Origin: an uncultured Gammaproteobacteria bacterium
GTDB taxonomy: Bacteria; Patescibacteriota; Microgenomatia; UBA1406; HO2-37-13b
Reading direction: 5' to 3'
NCBI GenBank assembly: GCA_965230965.1
Contig: OZ246401.1
Span: 53,199 to 117,198 of the forward strand
DNA length: 64,000 bases
In this document: piece after piece, positions 45,686 to 55,131 of the stretch
Layout of the letters: every line of letters begins with the position of its first letter
Position numbering within the stretch: position 1 is the stretch's first letter
Translations under genes and position numbers: made by a program
The notes under the pieces: generated by a model
The model's input: the letters and a program-made list of their open reading frames with translations, nothing else
Told to the model about the DNA's origin: nothing
Databases searched by the model: none

Positions 45686-46378
45686 ACGCTCTTCTTTGAA
45701 GGTTTCTTTAATTTCTTTGTAGTTTATTGAGGAGTCTTTCTTCTTAGTTTTCTGATCAAAGAATTTATGCTTTATAAATTCTATAGCGACAGGAAGAAGC
45801 GATAAAGCAACCAAACCATAAATTGCGGTCTCAAAATTATTCTTGACAATAGGGAGACCTCCTAAGAAATAACCAGCAAAAGTAAGGCCAGTAACCCAAA
45901 TAAATCCTCCAAATACGTTGTACGATAAAAATGTATCATAATGCATCTTGCCGACTCCTGCGACAAACGGTGCAAAGGTGCGGATAATAGGTATGAAACG
46001 AGCAAGAATAATGGTTTTAGCACCATGTTTTTCGTAGAATTCTCGAGTCTTCTCGAGATGGGCTTTATTAAATAGTCGTGAATTTTCTCTTTCAAATACT
46101 GCGCTACCAAGTTTATTACCCAGCCAATAATTAACAGTATCACCGAGAATTGCTGCAATGAGAAGTGAAAAATATACAAACCAAATATTCAGATAGCCAC
46201 TCCCTGCTAAAGTACCCACTACAAATAAGAGCGAGTCACCAGGAAGAAAGGGAATAATAACTAAACCAGTTTCGGCAAAAATAATGACAAAAAGAATAAC
46301 GTATGACCATAGGCCAAACTGATCAATAATGCGTATCAGGTATTCGTCGATATGAAGAAAAAAATTAAGAAACTCCAT
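45677..46378 (-). CDS. dedA: DedA family membrane protein
   Basis: IIFAETGLVIIPFLPGDSLLF and RFIPIIRTFAPFVAG signatures. ATG 46378 (MEFLNFF) preferred over the TTG at 46393. TGTATAAT lies 6 nt upstream. Confidence 0.85.
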   Translation of the reverse strand: MEFLNFFLHIDEYLIRIIDQFGLWSYVILFVIIFAETGLVIIPFLPGDSLLFVVGTLAGSGYLNIWFVYFSLLIAAILGDTVNYWLGNKLGSAVFERENSRLFNKAHLEKTREFYEKHGAKTIILARFIPIIRTFAPFVAGVGKMHYDTFLSYNVFGGFIWVTGLTFAGYFLGGLPIVKNNFETAIYGLVALSLLPVAIEFIKHKFFDQKTKKKDSSINYKEIKETFKEERLS

Positions 46379-46384
46379 CGAACT

Positions 46385-46392
46385 ATTATACA
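46385..46392 (-). promoter_or_regulatory. candidate -10 promoter (TGTATAAT), 6 nt upstream of dedA ATG 46378
   Basis: The plus strand reads attataca at 46385-46392. Confidence 0.4.
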
Positions 46393-46406
46393 AGAATTGT
46401 TAAGTC

Positions 46407-46913
46407 TTATGGCTTTATTGCTTTCATCTCACCTGTTGGACGATAAAGCCACACATAATCAATTGGTGCAGCAGCTAGAAATGGATCAAGAACGAGAAGA
46501 TTTGCAAAATGCTGCGCATTTTCGGCCTTTTTAAATGGACCCATATAGAATGCGCGACACAATAAATCTTCTGCCTCTTGCTCTTCTGGCATAATTGCCA
46601 TAATACTTTCTGACGGATCTCCCTCCTCAGCGAGCTCCACTAAATGTTCCTGCAGGTCAGGCTGTGCTTCTTCAACAATTGTATCGTCAGTATGCGGTAT
46701 CAATATTGATGCTTGCTCTGGAAGTACTTTTGTTTCTAAAAATTTAAGCTCTTTAACTATAAACGATTCTATCTGGTCTTGCTCTTCAGCAAATAACTGA
46801 CGCAGCATAGTAACGCCTTCTGGAAGTTTTTCAAAAACTAAATATGATGGTGTTATCTGCCTGCCATCTTTATAAAGTATGGAGGTGTAGTAAAGGGTTT
46901 CTGGAATTTCCAT
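46407..46913 (-). CDS. hypothetical acidic protein
   Basis: 168 aa. Strongly acidic middle (EEAQPDLQEHLVELAEEGDPSES...EEQEAED). C-terminal FYMGPFKKAENAQHFANLL segment is vaguely SPOR/beta-alpha-beta-like. No family recognised. Confidence 0.55.
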   Translation of the reverse strand: MEIPETLYYTSILYKDGRQITPSYLVFEKLPEGVTMLRQLFAEEQDQIESFIVKELKFLETKVLPEQASILIPHTDDTIVEEAQPDLQEHLVELAEEGDPSESIMAIMPEEQEAEDLLCRAFYMGPFKKAENAQHFANLLVLDPFLAAAPIDYVWLYRPTGEMKAIKP

Positions 46914-46972
46914 ACCATATTATACGTTGCATCTTGCAAAATGCGAGGGAGATTGTGTATAGTGTAGGTCTT

Positions 46973-47458
46973 ATGGATGACACAAGCACACCACAAACAG
47001 ATCAGATCGAAGAAGCAGAAATAGTTGAAGAGGTACAATCAGAGCAAGTCGATGGAGTTGAGGGCGATGCACTTCAAATGATTGATCTTGAGAAAACAAT
47101 CAAGAATTTTTACTCAGGGATGAAAATGAAGCGCGAGGAGTTAAAAAAATTGCGCGATATGATTAATGATACCCTCGAGACAGATAAGACTTACGCCATT
47201 CAACAAGAAAAAATTAATGAAGCAAAAAGAGAACAACAAGGGACCAAGGATCAGTTAATGAGCCTGTCGAGTGTAGTAGAAGCAAAAGTTGAAATGAAAA
47301 ATCTTGGCGAAGAAATTAAAGAACTCGATGGATATTTATCAAAGAATTTGTTGCAATACTGGGAATTGACAAAAAAAGACAGCATCACCATGAATGATGG
47401 TGAAACCTATCAAATCAAGCAATCTGCAAAGCTTGTAAAACAGGGAGTCAAACCTTAA
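46973..47458 (+). CDS. hypothetical coiled-coil protein
   Basis: 161 aa from ATG 46973; the track start at 46844 overlaps the divergent gene. Acidic N-terminus, then heptad-like KREELKKLRDMINDTLE...INEAKREQQGTKDQL. Confidence 0.55.
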   Translation: MDDTSTPQTDQIEEAEIVEEVQSEQVDGVEGDALQMIDLEKTIKNFYSGMKMKREELKKLRDMINDTLETDKTYAIQQEKINEAKREQQGTKDQLMSLSSVVEAKVEMKNLGEEIKELDGYLSKNLLQYWELTKKDSITMNDGETYQIKQSAKLVKQGVKP

Positions 47459-48806
47459 GTTCAAGCGTCTCGTACATTTGTGGCATCTTAATGTAGTGAA
47501 TTCCTTTTTGAATAATTTTCTGCTTCAGCATTTCTCTAGGTTCGTCATCTCCATGAACCAATATAACTTGACGAACATCTTTAATATGCCCGAGCCATTC
47601 TAGAAGTTTCGGCTCATCTGCATGCGCACTCATGGAAGTGACAACACGAATGTGCGCATATACAGGGACTGTTTGCTTGAATATTTGCACCTCGGTTGCT
47701 CCATCTACCAAAGCTCGCCCGAGCGTTCCTTCGCCTTGATAGCCCACAATTAAAATACGTGTGGTTGCTGTTTTTAAATAATGGAACGCGTGCTGCACTA
47801 TGCGACCACCAGTCATCATACCGCTACCAGCAATAACAATTTTTGCTCCCGGCGTATTATGAATTTTCATGCTCTCATTGCTATTCTCAATAAGCTTTAA
47901 GCCAGGGAAATCAAAAGGATCATCATGCGCACTATGCTCGGTAAGTTCCTTATTGAAATATGCTCTATAGCGCTTATAAATTTCAGTTGCCTTAATCGCC
48001 ATGGGACTATCCAAAAAAATTGGCGTCTCGGCTTTTATCTTGCCAGAAGATTTAAGATGGTCTAGACGATGTAACAATTCCTGTGTGCGCTCAATTGAAA
48101 ATGCCGGGATAAGCAAAACCGCATCTTGTTTTTCGACAGCGTTTATTTCTTCTTGAAGTACTTTTGAAGCATTTTCATATGTATGTGTTCTTCCGCCATA
48201 TGTTGATTCAAGTAGTACAACATCAGCATTTGAAAAAAACTCAGTTGGCTGCACAAGATCCTGCGGAAAATTGCCTATGTCCCCACTAAATATGATTGTT
48301 CCTACACCATCTTGGTTATAGTTATCCTTTAGCTGGATCGATGCTGAACCCATGATATGCCCTGCATCTTTATATAGAACGCTATATGGCCCAAGTTGAA
48401 ACTCCTTATGATATTCAACAATTTCAACAAGCGACAACACCCGCTCTATATCATGCTCATTAAAAAGCGGCTCTTTCGTCTCATCATGCTCTGCAATATG
48501 AGCAGCATCTATAAGTGTTAGCTCGAGTAAATCGGCTGTTGCCGCCGTCATATATATTTTCTTGTGAAAACCTTTCTGTACAAGCAATGGCAATCTACCA
48601 CAATGATCAAGGTGTGCATGGGTCAGCAACACACCGATAAATTCCGATGGATCAAAACGAATTGGCTCATAATTAAGATCTGCTATGTTTTTTGGGCCTT
48701 GAAACATACCCATGTCCACCATAAGTGGATCTTTATCATAACGCGTCAACACATACGCAGAGCCTGTGACGGTTCCAGCTGCTCCATAAAACGAGATTTT
48801 CTTCAT
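47448..48806 (-). CDS. beta-CASP family metallo-beta-lactamase RNA-processing nuclease (CPSF/Ysh1-like)
   Basis: 452 aa. HAHLDHCGRLP (HxHxDH) with beta-CASP and C-terminal RMMBL-like regions (SAHAD, ILVHGD). Confidence 0.8.
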   Translation of the reverse strand: MKKISFYGAAGTVTGSAYVLTRYDKDPLMVDMGMFQGPKNIADLNYEPIRFDPSEFIGVLLTHAHLDHCGRLPLLVQKGFHKKIYMTAATADLLELTLIDAAHIAEHDETKEPLFNEHDIERVLSLVEIVEYHKEFQLGPYSVLYKDAGHIMGSASIQLKDNYNQDGVGTIIFSGDIGNFPQDLVQPTEFFSNADVVLLESTYGGRTHTYENASKVLQEEINAVEKQDAVLLIPAFSIERTQELLHRLDHLKSSGKIKAETPIFLDSPMAIKATEIYKRYRAYFNKELTEHSAHDDPFDFPGLKLIENSNESMKIHNTPGAKIVIAGSGMMTGGRIVQHAFHYLKTATTRILIVGYQGEGTLGRALVDGATEVQIFKQTVPVYAHIRVVTSMSAHADEPKLLEWLGHIKDVRQVILVHGDDEPREMLKQKIIQKGIHYIKMPQMYETLELKV

Positions 48807-48815
48807 ACTTTCATT

Positions 48816-49475
48816 CTACATCATTTCAAGCTTCTTAAGACTTACCCATCCATTCGTAGCGACAATAAGATGATCCAAAAGCTGAATGCCAATTATTTCA
48901 CCAGCTTCAACAACGCGTGCTGTTAGTAGTAAATCTGCTTCTGATGGTTGTGGATCTCCAGATGGATGATTGTGAGCAACAATAATATATGAAGCTCCCA
49001 TTTCGATTGCTGGTCTAAAAATCTCTCTAGGATGGGCAAGACTTGTGTCAATAGTCCCGATTGAAATCGTGCTTTTCTTCAAAAGATTAAACCGGGCATT
49101 GACATATAAGCACATAAAGTGCTCCTGCTTTTTAGCTGCCAAATGATGCACATGCAATAAAATTTGTTCAGGCTGTGTAAGCAAAATACTCTGCGCATCT
49201 TGTACCCTATGTGCAAGTTCCATTGCTGCAATGAGTGAAGCTGCATATGCGTTGCCAATACCACCTGTTTTCTGAAGATCTTGTACGTTCATCTGTGATA
49301 TATCTTTGAGACTTACCTTTCTCAATAAACTTGCTGCAATATTCAGGACATCGACTTTTGATGTGCCTGAGCGGAGAATAATTGCTACCAACTCCTTATC
49401 GGTTAAGTTTTTTACACCAAGTTCTGACAATTTTTCTCGTGGCCTATTATGTAATGGAATATGTTTTATACTCAT
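48816..49475 (-). CDS. radC: RadC-like JAB/MPN domain protein
   Basis: PREKL...GVKNLTDKELVAIILRSGT HhH region and JAMM motif VAHNHPSGDPQPSEAD. ATG 49475 (MSIKHIPL) preferred over the track start at 49646. Confidence 0.8.
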   Translation of the reverse strand: MSIKHIPLHNRPREKLSELGVKNLTDKELVAIILRSGTSKVDVLNIAASLLRKVSLKDISQMNVQDLQKTGGIGNAYAASLIAAMELAHRVQDAQSILLTQPEQILLHVHHLAAKKQEHFMCLYVNARFNLLKKSTISIGTIDTSLAHPREIFRPAIEMGASYIIVAHNHPSGDPQPSEADLLLTARVVEAGEIIGIQLLDHLIVATNGWVSLKKLEMM

Positions 49476-49548
49476 TTCTCGTTGATTATCGCACTTGCAT
49501 TGCGTAATATATGGATTGTACGTTGTTATTATTAAAAAACTTTTAACT

Positions 49549-50190
49549 ATGAACGCTCTCATGGAAAACAAATTAGTCGCAGGCACAATTATTGCCGTAG
49601 TTCTTCTTGTTGGACTATGGGGCGTTTGGAAAGGCTTGAATGGCACTGCACCTGCAAAAGTATCTAATACCGTTGTTGATTTAAAAATCGATGAGACAGA
49701 TTGGCAAAAGGGTTCAGCTAGCCCCTCAGCTACCCTTGTTGAATATAGTGATTTTCAATGTCCAGCTTGCAAGGCATATCAACCTTTAGTTAAAACATTG
49801 ATTGAAAAGCATAAAGACAAAGTAAAGCTTGTCTACAGACATTATCCACTAGCCCAACACAAACATGCACAGATTGCGGCTTACTATGCAGAGGCAGCTG
49901 GAATGCAGGGAAAATTCTTTGAAATGCACGATAAGCTTTTTGCTGGCCAAACCGACTGGGAAAAACTGAACAATCCTGAGCAAACATTTCAGAATTATGG
50001 AAAGGATCTAAAACTTGACGTTGTAAAGCTTAAAAAAGATGCTGCCAGCAGCGCTGCTAAGGATAGCGTATCTAAAGATCTTGCAAGTGGTACGGCTGCA
50101 GGTGTAGAAGGCACACCTACGTTTTTTATAAACGGGAAAAGAATCTCATCGCCTCAATCAATTGAGGAGTTTGAAAAGCTTCTTGAGTAA
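49549..50190 (+). CDS. membrane-anchored DsbA-like thiol:disulfide oxidoreductase
   Basis: N-terminal TM, thioredoxin fold with YSDFQCPACKAY active site, and GTPTFFING cis-Pro loop region. ATG 49549 preferred over the TTG at 49495. Confidence 0.75.
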   Translation: MNALMENKLVAGTIIAVVLLVGLWGVWKGLNGTAPAKVSNTVVDLKIDETDWQKGSASPSATLVEYSDFQCPACKAYQPLVKTLIEKHKDKVKLVYRHYPLAQHKHAQIAAYYAEAAGMQGKFFEMHDKLFAGQTDWEKLNNPEQTFQNYGKDLKLDVVKLKKDAASSAAKDSVSKDLASGTAAGVEGTPTFFINGKRISSPQSIEEFEKLLE

Positions 50191-50201
50191 AGTACAATTA
50201 C

Positions 50202-51185
50202 TTGATGACACGCAAACAGTATCTATTGTTTTTTATACTTGCTTTCTCTTCAATTTTGTCTGGTGCTACTTTTGGTCTCCTCGATGTGTTTGGATTTATT
50301 GATGGTCGACACACAATAAGCTTTTCTTTATTGCTAGCTTCGGCTGTTCTCCTTTATTTCTCATTAATTTCTATTTTTCTTTTGGAAATTGCACATTCAA
50401 AAAAAATAACTACCTACGTCCTCGTGGTGTCGTTGCTCTTTGGTGTTACATTCTTTCTAATGAATCTAAACATACTTCTTACCCCAATTGCAGTTTTGGG
50501 TTATTTTCTCCTTCTTTTATATGCTGCAGAATCATCAAGCAAAAGATTTAATGATTTTGTGCGTTTTATACCCCAGGAAATTTTCTTTCCTGTCTTAAAA
50601 AATAGCTTTTTGTATATACTTGTAATGCTTTCCTTACTTGTGTATGGACAGTCACAGAAGCTTATTGCAGCAAAAAGCCTTATCACGCCCGAGATAGTAC
50701 ACATTATTATTAAGCCTTCGGTAGCAATGTTAAACCAACAAGTTAACAACCAGCTACAATCAGAAGTTGGCGAAACACTTGCAAAGCTACCTGAAGGTGA
50801 ACGAAATCAAGCCATTCGATTAGTATTGAAGAAAACAGTTGAGAACATGGCAGATAAGCGTTCAGGCGACATATACGGCATTCCTTCAAATGAAGTGCCA
50901 ATAAATAAGGCGGAGGTCTCTAGTGAAGGAAAAGTTAATCTTCAGCCAGTGTTTGAGGGCATGCTGCCTACCATTGCCCTGCTCATGAATTCCAAGCTGA
51001 ATGAGTACGCAATAATTGCACCATTCATTATTGCTCTTTTTACTTTTCTTATATTTCAACCTCTCTTATTACCTATTCAACTTGTTGAATCTACTGTAAC
51101 GATTGCTATATTCAAGTTACTGATTGCCAGTGGATTTATAAGGATTCGCAAAGAACAGGTAGAGGTTGAACGATTAACTATATAA
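50202..51185 (+). CDS. hypothetical polytopic membrane protein (contains no cysteine)
   Basis: 327 aa. About 6 TM segments with a hydrophilic insert (residues about 175-250). No family recognised. Confidence 0.6.
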   Translation: MMTRKQYLLFFILAFSSILSGATFGLLDVFGFIDGRHTISFSLLLASAVLLYFSLISIFLLEIAHSKKITTYVLVVSLLFGVTFFLMNLNILLTPIAVLGYFLLLLYAAESSSKRFNDFVRFIPQEIFFPVLKNSFLYILVMLSLLVYGQSQKLIAAKSLITPEIVHIIIKPSVAMLNQQVNNQLQSEVGETLAKLPEGERNQAIRLVLKKTVENMADKRSGDIYGIPSNEVPINKAEVSSEGKVNLQPVFEGMLPTIALLMNSKLNEYAIIAPFIIALFTFLIFQPLLLPIQLVESTVTIAIFKLLIASGFIRIRKEQVEVERLTI

Positions 51186-51200
51186 AAGAAAAAAGGCTAT

Positions 51201-51234
51201 AAAAAAAGACCCTCGCATGCGAGGGTCTTTTTTT
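51201..51234. terminator. bidirectional rho-independent terminator
   Basis: A7 - GACCCTCGCATGCGAGGGTC (perfect 20-nt palindrome) - T7, between convergent genes. Confidence 0.85.
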
Positions 51235-51246
51235 AATGTGACTGCC

Positions 51247-52008
51247 TTAACTACCTTTGCTCATAAGCCCATCGATTATCTGCTTCGCAGATTCGAATGG
51301 AAGAGCTCCTTCTATGACTGCAGACTCACCAGTCTTCATATCATAGATGACTGATGTAGGGGTAGCGCCAATGCCAGCTTTTGTTCCTTCGTCAAGCTGT
51401 GCTTGGACTTTTTCCTTAAACTTCATGCCATCAAGACATGTTTGGAACGCTGCTTTATTAACACCTGCTTTTACCGCAAGATCACCGAGTTGAGTCAGCT
51501 CCATTGCTGGCATAGCAGTAAAGATTTCGTCATGCATTTTCCAGAATGCTGTCTCTCCACCAAGACTGGCTACACATTCTGAGGCACGAGCAGAAGGCTC
51601 AGCCTTAGGATGGAATGAGAGGGGAAAATGACGATAGACGAATGCCATCTTTGAACCATATTCCTTCTCAATCTGTCCCATTGAGTCAAAATATCTTTTA
51701 CAGAATGGACATTCAAAATCTGAATATTCCACATGCACATAACGAGCATCCTTTGGACCTTTCCAATGATCCTTAGAAGCATCTGGTTTTGTGATGGTAA
51801 CTTTTGTTGGAGCTTCAGGAGCTGCTGCTGCTTGCTCGCCACCTTGTGCGCCAGCTGCGGCTGGTTGCGTGCCAACACCCTTCTTAAGGAAGGTAACTTG
51901 AGTATAGAGATGACCGATTACAAAACCGATCACGAGGCCAACACCAAGAAGCACATACATATTGTTCTTGAGTGGCTCCATTGCCATGGGTTCACTTTTT
52001 CTTGCCAT
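51247..52008 (-). CDS. membrane-anchored DsbA-like thiol:disulfide oxidoreductase, paralogue of 49549
   Basis: 253 aa. TM anchor, Ala/Gly/Gln-rich linker, YSDFECPFCKRY active site, YRHFPL, GATPTSVIY. Confidence 0.75.
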   Translation of the reverse strand: MARKSEPMAMEPLKNNMYVLLGVGLVIGFVIGHLYTQVTFLKKGVGTQPAAAGAQGGEQAAAAPEAPTKVTITKPDASKDHWKGPKDARYVHVEYSDFECPFCKRYFDSMGQIEKEYGSKMAFVYRHFPLSFHPKAEPSARASECVASLGGETAFWKMHDEIFTAMPAMELTQLGDLAVKAGVNKAAFQTCLDGMKFKEKVQAQLDEGTKAGIGATPTSVIYDMKTGESAVIEGALPFESAKQIIDGLMSKGS

Positions 52009-52060
52009 ATACGTAAAAGTATTTATAACTCTTACAATATATAGTAATTGAAAATGAGTG

Positions 52061-54451
52061 TCAAGACGTTCGCTTTTTAGGTTTTACCAAAGCGATCTTT
52101 AGAACCTCATCAATGTTAGAAACAGGAATAACTTTGATATCTTTCAAGACAAATTCGGGAACATCTTCAAGATTTTTCTTATTTTCCTCAGGAATAATGA
52201 CTGTTTTGATACCCGCTCGATGTGCAGCTAAGATTTTACTTTTTAATCCACCAATCTCTAAAGCCCTTCCCCGTAAGGTTATCTCACCCGTCATTGCTAC
52301 TGAGCGACTCACTGGAATTTTTGTTAAGGCCGAGACCATAGCTGTTGCAATAGCTAGCCCAGCTGATGGACCATCCTTAGGAACAGCCCCTTCGGGAACA
52401 TGGATATGGATTTCCATTTTGTTATAAAAGTCTTTTTGAATACCTAATTCTTCCCAATGTGATCGAATGTAGCTAAGAGCTGCCTGACAGGATTCTTTCA
52501 TTACATCACCTAGTTGACCCGTCAAGGTCAAGCTCCCCTTACCTGGCATAATGCCAACTTCGATTGCCAGAATGTCACCACCAACCTGGGTCACCGCAAG
52601 TCCTGTGGAGGAACCAATCATGTCATCTTTTTCAGCAAGCTGCGATGAGTATTTGAAAGCACCTAAATTCTTCTGAATATCTTTTGCAGTGATCTTCTTG
52701 CTGCGCAAACCTTTTTCCAAAATTTCTCGAGCAACTTTTCTAAAATTTGCTGCAATTTGTCTTTCTAATTCACGAACTCCAGCCTCTCTTGTATAGCGCT
52801 GAATAATTAATCTAAGTGATGCGTCATCAAGCGTCACTTTCCTTGAAGCTAATCCATGTGCTTCAAGTTGTTTTTTAAGTAAATGATTCTTTGCTATGTG
52901 AAACTTTTCATCTTCTGTATAACCGGCAAACTGAATGATTTCAAGACGATCACGGAGCGCTGATGGAATAGTGTCAAGCACATTTGCGGTGGTAATAAAG
53001 AATACATCCGAGAGATCAAAAGGAACCTCTAGATAATGATCTGAAAAGATGTAGTTTTGTTCAGGGTCAAGAGCTTCAAGTAATGCTGACGATGGATCAC
53101 CTCGATAATCCATACCAATCTTATCGATTTCATCAAGCATAAAAACGGGATTGTTCGTTTTTGCTTGACGAATTCCTTGAATAATGCGTCCTGGCATTGC
53201 GCCAACATAGGTTCGCCTGTGCCCGCGAATTTCTGCCTCATCACGAACACCACCAAGTGACATTTTTACAAATTCCCTTCCTAACGATTCAGCTATAGAT
53301 CTACCCAACGAGGTTTTACCAACTCCTGGAGGACCTGCAAAACATAAAATTGTTGGTTGTTTGATAGTACGACCATATTGTTTTTTCTTTAGATCCAGCT
53401 TTGGCTCAGCATCCTTCTTTAGCTTCATGACAGCGAGGTATTCAAGAATACGTTCTTTAGCCTTTTTTAGTCCATAATGCTGATCGTCTAATATTTGTTG
53501 TGCCTTCTTTAGATCCAATCGATCTTTACCTTTCTTACTCCATGGCAAATCAACTAAGACTTCAATATAAGTACGAATATAGGAAGCTTCTGGGTTGTAC
53601 TGCGACATTTGTGAAAGTCTTTTAAGCTCAGTGAGAGCTTTGTCTTCAACATCTGCTGGCATTTTTGCAGCCTTTATTTTTTTACGAAGTTCATTTATTT
53701 CTTTATCGTCTTCACTCTCGCCACCTAATTCTTTCTCTATAGTCTTAAGCTTCTCACGAAGCACGGCATCCTTCATTCCTTTCTCAAATTTTTTCTGTGT
53801 TTTTACGTGAATGTTTTTTTCAATTTCGAGGATTTTTACTTCTTTTGTTACAAGCTCAGCCTCTTTTTTAAGTCTTTGCAAAAGATCAAGTTCCTCAAGA
53901 AGACTTTGTCTATCTTTTGTACTGAGATCAAGTATCATTGCAACCTGTTCTGAAAATTGGCGTGGTGTTGCTCCGCTCATAATATTCATGAGATACACAA
54001 CATCAACACCTTTCCCAAGATTAACTGCTTGCTTTAGCTCGGTATTAATATGTCTGATGAGTGCATCTACTTCTGCGGTTTCTTCATTAACTTCTTTCAA
54101 CTCTTCAACCTCAGCTTCTAAGAAGGGAGTGTCTTTTAAGTATGATGTTATACGGACTCTCGAAAGACCAAGCATCAATGCACTAATTTCACCTTTTTCA
54201 CCTTCGAGAATTTTTTCGATATGCGCTAAAACACCAATATCAAAAAGCTCATTTTCGCTTGGGTCATCAAACTTTGCATCTTTTTGCATTACCAAGACAA
54301 TCTTTTTTCCATTATCCATGGCATGTTTTATTGCCATAACACTTTTGCCTCGACCAAAAAGAAGAGCATTCTCTGTAGTAGGAAAGATAATACCGTCGCG
54401 GAGCGCTACGACAGGATAAGTGTTGCTTTCAAAGTTTAATACGTCATCCAT
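52061..54451 (-). CDS. lon: ATP-dependent Lon protease
   Basis: 796 aa. LON N-domain, Walker [10 protein letters not shown], and protease domain with PKDGPSAG catalytic Ser motif. Confidence 0.95.
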   Translation of the reverse strand: MDDVLNFESNTYPVVALRDGIIFPTTENALLFGRGKSVMAIKHAMDNGKKIVLVMQKDAKFDDPSENELFDIGVLAHIEKILEGEKGEISALMLGLSRVRITSYLKDTPFLEAEVEELKEVNEETAEVDALIRHINTELKQAVNLGKGVDVVYLMNIMSGATPRQFSEQVAMILDLSTKDRQSLLEELDLLQRLKKEAELVTKEVKILEIEKNIHVKTQKKFEKGMKDAVLREKLKTIEKELGGESEDDKEINELRKKIKAAKMPADVEDKALTELKRLSQMSQYNPEASYIRTYIEVLVDLPWSKKGKDRLDLKKAQQILDDQHYGLKKAKERILEYLAVMKLKKDAEPKLDLKKKQYGRTIKQPTILCFAGPPGVGKTSLGRSIAESLGREFVKMSLGGVRDEAEIRGHRRTYVGAMPGRIIQGIRQAKTNNPVFMLDEIDKIGMDYRGDPSSALLEALDPEQNYIFSDHYLEVPFDLSDVFFITTANVLDTIPSALRDRLEIIQFAGYTEDEKFHIAKNHLLKKQLEAHGLASRKVTLDDASLRLIIQRYTREAGVRELERQIAANFRKVAREILEKGLRSKKITAKDIQKNLGAFKYSSQLAEKDDMIGSSTGLAVTQVGGDILAIEVGIMPGKGSLTLTGQLGDVMKESCQAALSYIRSHWEELGIQKDFYNKMEIHIHVPEGAVPKDGPSAGLAIATAMVSALTKIPVSRSVAMTGEITLRGRALEIGGLKSKILAAHRAGIKTVIIPEENKKNLEDVPEFVLKDIKVIPVSNIDEVLKIALVKPKKRTS

Positions 54452-54460
54452 AGTTTTAGC

Positions 54461-54489
54461 AGTATATCAATGCTTCTGCTAATTGTCAA
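54461..54489 (-). promoter_or_regulatory. candidate lon promoter
   Basis: Minus strand: TTGACA (54489-54484), 17-nt spacer, TATACT (54466-54461), then 9 nt to ATG 54451. Confidence 0.5.
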
Positions 54490-54494
54490 GAAGG

Positions 54495-54767
54495 TTATTT
54501 AGGAAATAGCTTCTGACCATTCTGATCTTCTAAAGATATAGCAGCAGTTGGACACCCACGCGCAGCATCGAGAATTGTTTCTTGATCTGTATTGTCTGCC
54601 GTGCTTAATACAATTGCCTTAGCTTCATTATCCAACACGAAGACCTCGGGTGCAATGGCCAAACACGTTGCCGCACCAATGCATAAGTCGCGATCAATAG
54701 TAACTTTTACAGAACCAGCTACAACAGGACCAGAGGGGTGTTGTGGGTCTTTAGGTGTTTGATCCAT
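54495..54767 (-). CDS. small ferredoxin (single Fe-S cluster type)
   Basis: 90 aa. DRDLCIGAATCLAIAPEVF ... AARGCPTAAISL cysteine pattern. Last gene of the suf operon. Confidence 0.72.
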   Translation of the reverse strand: MDQTPKDPQHPSGPVVAGSVKVTIDRDLCIGAATCLAIAPEVFVLDNEAKAIVLSTADNTDQETILDAARGCPTAAISLEDQNGQKLFPK

Positions 54768-55131
54768 GATTTCGTAAAGCTCTTTGTAACGCTTCGAGTG
54801 AAACTAGCGCACATTTTAATCTGTTTGGCGAAAGTTCGACAGAAAGCAACTCTAGCATAGAATCTTTGTTTAGGTTTGTCAAGTCTGAAACAGCTTTTCC
54901 TTTCGCATGATCAGTAAGCATAGATGCTGATGCTACAGCTATAGCACACCCTTGACCATGAAAACGAATATCTGCAACTCTATCATTTTGAAGATCAAGT
55001 TCCATCGTAATATCATCACCACAAAGAGGATTTGAAACCTGGGCTTTATTACTTGAAGAATCAAGTGTGCCAAAGTTGTGTGGATTTTTGTAATGATCCA
55101 AAATAACTTCTTTATAAATATCAATACTCAT
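54751..55131 (-). CDS. sufU: SufU/IscU-like Fe-S cluster sulfur-transfer/scaffold protein
   Basis: 126 aa. YKNPHNFG, NPLCGDDITM, GQGCAIAVASAS, RLKCALVSLEAL. Confidence 0.8.
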   Translation of the reverse strand: MSIDIYKEVILDHYKNPHNFGTLDSSSNKAQVSNPLCGDDITMELDLQNDRVADIRFHGQGCAIAVASASMLTDHAKGKAVSDLTNLNKDSMLELLSVELSPNRLKCALVSLEALQRALRNHGSNT

